A stretch of 10,985 bases of DNA from an uncultured bacterium. GTDB taxonomy: Bacteria; Schekmanbacteria; GWA2-38-11; J061. Under the pieces are notes generated by a model, which saw nothing but the letters and a program-made list of their open reading frames with translations, did no database searches and was not told the origin of the DNA. A program made the translations under genes and the position numbers. Positions 5,569 through 10,985 of this stretch are shown here, in pieces (position 1 is the stretch's first letter; the number at the start of each line of letters is the position of its first letter). The stretch covers positions 1-10,985 of the forward strand of contig CAZJVM010000042.1 of the NCBI GenBank assembly GCA_964549305.1, written 5' to 3'.

Positions 5569-7688
5569 TTTTTCACCCCGGTAATTGGAATACTATTCTC
5601 TTCATTGAGCGCGTCAATAAGGACTATTACAAACTCCGTGCCCCTGCCTTCGGTGCTTTCTACGGAAATCATACCTTTGTGAAGCTCGATAATCCTTTTC
5701 ACTATTGCCATACCGAGCCCGACGCCCTTGCTTTTTGTCGTAAAGAAGGGGTCAAAAACCTGACTTATATTTTCCTCTCTTATTCCACTTCCCGAATCTC
5801 TTAATTTTATGATGACCTTTTTATTGCTTCTGTCAAAAACGGTTTCGGACTGCACCCATATAGACCCTCCCTCAGGCATAGATTCAAGAGCATTCTGAAA
5901 AAGATTGTAAAAAACCTGTTTTATTTTAAATGCGTCTATATTGATATTGGAATTGCCTTTGTTTAGAAAACTCTTGCGAACCACAACCCTGTTCGAGGAA
6001 AATTCCGCGTTGAATTCATCGATAACACTCTCGATAATTTCATTCACATCATAATCGTAGGTTTCGATTTTAAGAGGTCTTGAAAAATCAAGAAGGTCGG
6101 AGACTATACTGTTGAGTTTTTTCACACCGTCAACTACACCTCCGAGCGTTTTTGCGCCTTCACTGTTTTCATCGAGATCGTATTTTATAAGGCTTATCCC
6201 CATACTTATATTTTGAAGGGGGTTTTTAATTTCATGGGCAACACCGGCAATCATCTGTCCCATTGCCGACAATCTTTTTGAAAGCTCAAGCTCATCGTTA
6301 ATTTTTTTACTATCCGTAAAATCCTTCACATACTTGATGACCTGATTGACTACGCCGTCGGCATTTCTGATTGGAAACGTAAAAATCTGCCAATATCTTT
6401 TTTCACCATTGCCCTGTCTCAACTCCCTTTCAATCTGACAGGGTTTACCCCTTTCAAGGGTATCGCGGACGGGACATTTTTTGCATATCTCCTTGCTGTC
6501 ACAAAAGAGGTCATAACAATAATGCCCTTCGTAAATATCACTACCCACCGACATAAGTTGTTTCATTGACCTGTTCATTGTGATAACTCTGTATTCATTA
6601 TCTATTATGCATATGCCGTCGGTTATGCCGTCAAAGAGAGTTTCGAGGCGGTTTTTTGTTTCAATCACGTGCCTGCTCCACCTGGATTCCTCATCGCTTT
6701 TAACGCGTTTTGCGTTTATGGCAATTATGTATACTGCAAAGGATATTATTAGTATGATGGATACCACGGAAAGGAGTATAATCCTGTTGTTTATTTTAGT
6801 CACATATAGAGTGACATCGGAATATGGCACGGAAATGACAATTGAACCTATTTTTTCAGGCAAATCATTTTCCGATTCCAAACCTATGGTGATGGAATTG
6901 AAGATGACGAGTTTTTCTTCCTCTCCCTCGATTCTGTAACGTGAATACCCCTCTCCCCCTTCCAGTATATTTTTTTCGGCACTGAATCTGTTCAAATGAC
7001 ACTCATAACAGGAATCGTCGTGATTGATAATATTCCTGCCCTGCATTTCAGTATGGAATGGATGATAAACTAGGTTTCCAAAAGAATCGAGAATCCACGC
7101 ATAACTTCTTCTGCTTTCTTTCAGAGGGTCGCCAAACATTTCCGCGATCATTGACATATCTACAATGCATCCGGAAAGGAAAGAGTCGTTGTTTACTTCT
7201 TTGCGATTGCCGTTACGAAAATCGGGCAAAATAATCATATATCTGTTACCGGCAGTATAAAAATTATGAAAAAAATCTTTTCCACCGTTCATTGACTGCC
7301 TGACATTTTTTTTTAGAAATTCTTCGTCTAAATCCGAATTTACGGGATTTATCCTGTTTAAGACCACATTCCCATTTTGAACGGTAAAAACAAAGACAAC
7401 TGATTTGAATTTTTTGAAATAACCTGAAATAAAATTCAGATATTCTTCATAAGAGGAAGTACCTATCCAGCCTTTTTTGGACAGGGCATTTGTCAATTCC
7501 ACATTTCTTTTTATTGAATAAAAGTATTTTTCAATACTATTTGACACCTGCCTTGCCACAAGAAGTTTTTGCTCTGTAAATCTTTTTACAAGGTCTTTTT
7601 CAAGGGAAGACTGCAGTTTGATGGAAAAAAAGAAAAAAGCGGGAATAATAATTATAAAGAGTACAACAGGGACAATATTCTTCTTCAT
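5565..7688 (-). CDS. Membrane sensor histidine kinase: periplasmic Cache-like domain with one CxxCH, cytoplasmic Cys-rich PAS-like domain, HisKA and HATPase
   Basis: TM1 (IVPVVLFIIIIPAFFFF); Cache-like YAWILDSFGNLVYHP; CYECH; TM2 (IILLSVVSIILIISFAVYIIAI); PAS-like LFDGITDGICIID...VKDFT; H-box AHEIKNPL; N-box QVFYNLFQNA; DSGSGI; FDPFFTTK; GVGLGMAIV. RBS GAGGAG 5 nt upstream of the ATG. Confidence 0.95.
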   Translation of the reverse strand: MKKNIVPVVLFIIIIPAFFFFSIKLQSSLEKDLVKRFTEQKLLVARQVSNSIEKYFYSIKRNVELTNALSKKGWIGTSSYEEYLNFISGYFKKFKSVVFVFTVQNGNVVLNRINPVNSDLDEEFLKKNVRQSMNGGKDFFHNFYTAGNRYMIILPDFRNGNRKEVNNDSFLSGCIVDMSMIAEMFGDPLKESRRSYAWILDSFGNLVYHPFHTEMQGRNIINHDDSCYECHLNRFSAEKNILEGGEGYSRYRIEGEEEKLVIFNSITIGLESENDLPEKIGSIVISVPYSDVTLYVTKINNRIILLSVVSIILIISFAVYIIAINAKRVKSDEESRWSRHVIETKNRLETLFDGITDGICIIDNEYRVITMNRSMKQLMSVGSDIYEGHYCYDLFCDSKEICKKCPVRDTLERGKPCQIERELRQGNGEKRYWQIFTFPIRNADGVVNQVIKYVKDFTDSKKINDELELSKRLSAMGQMIAGVAHEIKNPLQNISMGISLIKYDLDENSEGAKTLGGVVDGVKKLNSIVSDLLDFSRPLKIETYDYDVNEIIESVIDEFNAEFSSNRVVVRKSFLNKGNSNINIDAFKIKQVFYNLFQNALESMPEGGSIWVQSETVFDRSNKKVIIKLRDSGSGIREENISQVFDPFFTTKSKGVGLGMAIVKRIIELHKGMISVESTEGRGTEFVIVLIDALNEENSIPITGVKK

Positions 7689-7714
7689 TTCTTCTCCTCA
7701 ACGTGCTCAGAAGA

Positions 7715-7745
7715 AGAATATCACCTTTTGTGTCATTTTTGTCAA
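7715..7745 (-). promoter_or_regulatory. Candidate sigma70 promoter for the kinase-regulator pair
   Basis: Perfect TTGACA at 7745-7740, then 17 nt to GATATT (7722-7717); alternatively an extended -10 TG-A-TATTCT (7723-7715). It lies in the 67-nt gap upstream of the kinase RBS. Confidence 0.5.
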
Positions 7746-7755
7746 TAGTTTTTAT

Positions 7756-9180
7756 TTAGCGAATGTCCGCGCCGGGAACGTCACTGCCCGCAAGCTTGTT
7801 ATAGGAAAGCTGGAGAAGTTTTACTGCATAACCGGCATTATGAACACCGTGACTTTTGTCATTATTGACAAAATACCAGTTAAATACCGCCCTTCTTTCG
7901 GAATCCGTGGCAGAAGAGGAGAAATTAAAAATCGTTCTTCCGAATGAATCGGTGTCTTCACTCACATTTCCGGATTCGAGTATTTTCACCTTCAGAAGCG
8001 CCAGCAATCCGTCAACTTCAGACTGAATTCCTTCTGTATCTCCGTCACCGTCATAATCACCGCGCGCCGTTCTGTCAAAGGAAGATAATCCTGAATGGCA
8101 CTGTCCGCAGGCATCGAGAAACAGATTTTCGTCCGAATCCCTCATCATAAATGAATGACCGCCCAATGTGTTATGTCCCTTCTCACCGCTTGATGGAGTA
8201 TCAAAACCGTGACAGGTAAGACATTTCTCAACAAATGTAGAATGGAAGGAATTGTCGATTGTTTCGCCGAACTGGTATCCTCCCACTCCCACAAGTAGCT
8301 GTGCCTGATTATTTTCCGGGATGGTGCCTGACGAAACCGCCTTATCTACATCTTCTATCCGGTCATTATGGCAGGAAAAGCAGATTGCGGCGTTTCCCGC
8401 GGTGTATTCAGTATCGCTTCCCGGAAATACGCCATTGCCCGTAAGACGAAGGCTGAACTCATTTTTACTGCTGTGAAGGTCGTGGCACCCTGCGCAAACC
8501 ACGGGATTTACCGCAGTTTTCAGAGAAACGGATTTCCCGTAATAAATGCTGTCTGCGCTATGACAGTCAAGACAGGACTTTTGCGATTCTTTGTGCCCTT
8601 TTAATATCTTGAGAGAATTGGAATGGGAAGAATTTACCCACTGGTCATATTGCCCCGCAGACTGCGAGCCGGAAATCGTTTTCGTATGACATTTGCCACA
8701 GTTTTTCGCCTGAAGGCTCAGTAGGGTTCTCTTAAACTGAATTCTCCGTGCTCTCTGCCCTCTCGTGTAATGAGGTGAATACTTTGCCGCGGCGCCGTGA
8801 CAGGACTCACAGCCAACATTTTCCAACCCTTTTTCCGCGTTTTCGTCATACCCGCCGCTTTTAATTTTTTTGTCATAACCGGTTGTATGACACTGAAAGC
8901 ACGTTTCATTACTGCCCGCATCAGAAAAAGCCGATGAATGTTTCGTCTTCTTCCACTCTTTCCCCTTGTTGTTATGACAATGCTTGCATCGGTTGCTTCC
9001 TATAAACTTTCTGCCAAGAAAAGGAGGGCTTTTCACTTTTTTGACATCTGAACTGCTCGTGCTTCCTCCTCCCCCTCCTCCGCAGGCAGATAGAACAAAG
9101 AGGGCAAAAAAAGCAAAAAGCGAAAACAGTTTCAGGGGAAAACAGGAATTTAGACAAATTTCAAAAAAAGACTTCTTCAT
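7756..9180 (-). CDS. Nine-heme lipoprotein cytochrome c, probably the outer-membrane or surface component of a porin-cytochrome complex
   Basis: Lipobox LSA|C followed by a GGGGGGSTSSS tether. 9 CxxCH motifs: CKHCH, CFQCH, CESCH, CGKCH, CLDCH, CAGCH, CFSCH, CLTCH, CGQCH. The N-terminal part has a c554-like pattern (FIGSNRCKHCH...CFQCHTTG...VGCESCHG). The heme-free C-terminus contains DYDGDGD and NDKSHGVHNAGYAVKLL. Confidence 0.92.
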   Translation of the reverse strand: MKKSFFEICLNSCFPLKLFSLFAFFALFVLSACGGGGGGSTSSSDVKKVKSPPFLGRKFIGSNRCKHCHNNKGKEWKKTKHSSAFSDAGSNETCFQCHTTGYDKKIKSGGYDENAEKGLENVGCESCHGAAAKYSPHYTRGQRARRIQFKRTLLSLQAKNCGKCHTKTISGSQSAGQYDQWVNSSHSNSLKILKGHKESQKSCLDCHSADSIYYGKSVSLKTAVNPVVCAGCHDLHSSKNEFSLRLTGNGVFPGSDTEYTAGNAAICFSCHNDRIEDVDKAVSSGTIPENNQAQLLVGVGGYQFGETIDNSFHSTFVEKCLTCHGFDTPSSGEKGHNTLGGHSFMMRDSDENLFLDACGQCHSGLSSFDRTARGDYDGDGDTEGIQSEVDGLLALLKVKILESGNVSEDTDSFGRTIFNFSSSATDSERRAVFNWYFVNNDKSHGVHNAGYAVKLLQLSYNKLAGSDVPGADIR

Positions 9181-9184
9181 TATT

Positions 9185-10186
9185 TTATTTCACTATTTTT
9201 TTAAGATTTACATTATGGCAAATGCCGCAGAAATCCCTTTCGTGGCAGACAAGACAGGACCTTCCGTTTCTCTTTGCGGGCACTCTGTGATTAGGCACCC
9301 AATTGGGTTCGAAATGGGTGGTGGGTTTCTGCTGATGACAACGACTGCAGTAATCCGCCTGATGGCATACCGCGCAGTTTTCCCTGTCACGCGTTGCATA
9401 CCTTCCGTGTATATCCTGTTTCCACGAAAGAGTGTGTGATGAGGGCTTATTTTTCAAATGACATTCCTGACAATTATCGGCTTTATGGCAAAGTTCGCAT
9501 TTATCCTCATTGCCTTTAAGTTCCCTGCCGTGACGCACTTTCCAGGACGCGTCGTGAGATATGGGAATGGTATGGTCAAAAGGTCTGCGGGTCTCACGAA
9601 TTTCGGAATGGCACTTGTTACAGTTTGTATCTTTCACATTGTGGCATTCAAAACACTTATCCATTTTTGGAATGTCAGAAAAAGAAACTTTTTCCCTTTT
9701 TATTATATCAGGATGGCACTTCAAACATTCATAGTTGAGATCTAAATGTTTCTGATGAGAAAATATTAAATCATCAGGCGCTAAAGAAATTAATTTAATA
9801 AATACCTTTCTGTCATCGCGGGTATGGCACATTACACATTCATCGGAAACTTCACTTACCTGTTCCTTGTGGCATTTATCGCATTGTTCATATTTCTCAT
9901 GTTCTTTCGAATGGAGAATACCGTGATGTTCTATTCTTACATCTATAGAGTGGCATTGTGAACATTCTTCATGGGTCGGCAATTTCATTTTTTGCCCGTT
10001 GGCATCTGTAGAATGGCAGTCAGTACAACTTGCCCCCACATCACCGTCAGGATCGGTATGGAACTGATGAGGAAAAATAAGACCTGCATCTTCTTCGTTG
10101 CAGGCAGGAAAAAAACATATCAGACATACCACTAACACAGATAGCGCTGATGCTAATAATCCGTATTGTTTATCTGCTTTTTTCAT
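9185..10186 (-). CDS. 13-heme cytochrome c, probable lipoprotein (two c7/c3-like modules plus three di-heme repeats)
   Basis: Hydrophobic signal ending FPA|CNEED (lipobox-like). 13 CxxCH motifs: CTDCH, CSQCH, CDKCH, CVMCH, CLKCH, CFECH, CNKCH, CELCH, CQECH, CAVCH, CSRCH, CLVCH, CGICH. c7-type FPHQFH and FSHQKH motifs. Start is ATG 10186 or in-frame TTG 10189; GGAG upstream. Confidence 0.93.
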   Translation of the reverse strand: MKKADKQYGLLASALSVLVVCLICFFPACNEEDAGLIFPHQFHTDPDGDVGASCTDCHSTDANGQKMKLPTHEECSQCHSIDVRIEHHGILHSKEHEKYEQCDKCHKEQVSEVSDECVMCHTRDDRKVFIKLISLAPDDLIFSHQKHLDLNYECLKCHPDIIKREKVSFSDIPKMDKCFECHNVKDTNCNKCHSEIRETRRPFDHTIPISHDASWKVRHGRELKGNEDKCELCHKADNCQECHLKNKPSSHTLSWKQDIHGRYATRDRENCAVCHQADYCSRCHQQKPTTHFEPNWVPNHRVPAKRNGRSCLVCHERDFCGICHNVNLKKIVK

Positions 10187-10211
10187 CAATTAATTAAACA
10201 CTCCATTTTTA

Positions 10212-10985
10212 TTAAAAAGTAAATTCAAGCTCTACTCTCACACCTTGAAGATAATCAAGTTTTGAAAAGGGAACTGCAAGTTTATCATCTTCTTCATAGG
10301 AATAAGCTACAAGATAATTAACCCTCGTACCGACTTCTCCCTTAATCTGAGTGGTAAAACCGTAAGTCTGGTAAACATTATTGTTATAATCATAAAACCT
10401 GTAAAAAGTCCTTGCAGAAACAACCATATTATCTCCAAGCATCTGACTGTATTGTCCTCCAATCTCATTGGACTCTGTCTCAAAACGCCCGGATTTTCTA
10501 TCATCCTGATAATGATTCCATTCAAAAAGAATATCATTGCCTTCCAGCATAATATCTCTACATCTTATTCCAGTAGTGAACTCCAGATAATCGGAGTTAT
10601 ACTGATTTCCCTCGTTGTTATTACTCAAATTGTGTACTGTAAGAGAGGCCTCTATATTAAACCTCTCATAGATTGGTTGATCGACGAGAATATAATATTC
10701 CTCATAGGGGTCAAGGTCGCCAAGGTTAAGCCTTGCCACATCATAGCCGTCGTTTCCCCTGTTGGATGAGGAAGTGTAATCGAAATCATAATCATCGGCA
10801 TTGCTTCCTCCGAGTCGTCTGTAGAAAGAAAGAAGAAACTTCGAGGCAAACCTCTGCCACACATAATATAGTTCAGCTTTTACATCCTTAGGGTCATTGT
10901 TTATGAGAGCATATTCTACGGAAAGGTCAAGGTTGCGCCCGAGATTCTGATAAAAAGCAAAATCATAGCTTAAATCGAGATATTT
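10212..10985 (-). CDS. Outer-membrane beta-barrel (putative porin of a porin-cytochrome complex), C-terminal part; 5'-truncated by the window edge
   Basis: The frame stays open upstream of the track's GTG at 10862 to the edge (KYLDLSYDFAFYQNLGRNLDLSVEYALINNDPKDVKAELYYVWQR...). Alternating hydrophobic/polar, Tyr/Phe-rich strands, no CxxCH, and a C-terminal beta-signal-like end VRVELEFTF with terminal Phe. Adjacent to two multiheme cytochromes. Confidence 0.8.
   Translation of the reverse strand, partial: KYLDLSYDFAFYQNLGRNLDLSVEYALINNDPKDVKAELYYVWQRFASKFLLSFYRRLGGSNADDYDFDYTSSSNRGNDGYDVARLNLGDLDPYEEYYILVDQPIYERFNIEASLTVHNLSNNNEGNQYNSDYLEFTTGIRCRDIMLEGNDILFEWNHYQDDRKSGRFETESNEIGGQYSQMLGDNMVVSARTFYRFYDYNNNVYQTYGFTTQIKGEVGTRVNYLVAYSYEEDDKLAVPFSKLDYLQGVRVELEFTF

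Noticed and set aside
7689-7755. Intrinsic terminator after the nine-heme lipoprotein gene
   Set aside because: No GC-rich hairpin with a U-tract is visible, so read-through into the kinase remains possible.
5125-9745. Other plus-strand and alternative-frame ORFs overlapping the regulator, kinase and lipoprotein genes (5125, 6580, 7618, 7944, 8259, 8368, 8718, 8972, 8984, 9208, 9458)
   Set aside because: All overlap confidently assigned genes. The poly-Pro in 8984..9439 is just the antisense of the Gly6 linker.
10307-10864. GTG start at 10862 and the overlapping short ORFs (10307, 10452, 10652)
   Set aside because: The barrel frame is open to the window edge and has no signal peptide at 10862, so the true start is outside the window. 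The short ORFs are alternative-frame or antisense shadows.

Overview
All credible genes in this window lie on the minus strand and form a multiheme-cytochrome electron-transfer locus from a Gram-negative, probably anaerobic bacterium. Read 5'->3' (right to left): the C-terminal part of an outer-membrane beta-barrel; a 13-CxxCH lipoprotein cytochrome; a 9-CxxCH lipoprotein cytochrome; a sensor histidine kinase with a periplasmic CxxCH and a Cys-rich PAS-like domain; an NtrC-family sigma54 response regulator; a sigma54 promoter with candidate activator and IHF sites; a small 4-Cys protein; a CbcL-like fusion (11 CxxCH plus an FdnI/HydC-type cytochrome b); and a split paralogue of that fusion, made of an 11-CxxCH membrane-anchored cytochrome and a stand-alone cytochrome b (1..602, not in the ORF track, runs off the left edge). 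I count 45 CxxCH motifs plus two cytochrome b domains. The inference is a quinone-pool-to-cell-surface electron conduit with its own redox-sensing two-component system. I saw no RNA genes, CRISPR arrays or mobile elements. Family assignments come from motif recognition only; no searches were run.
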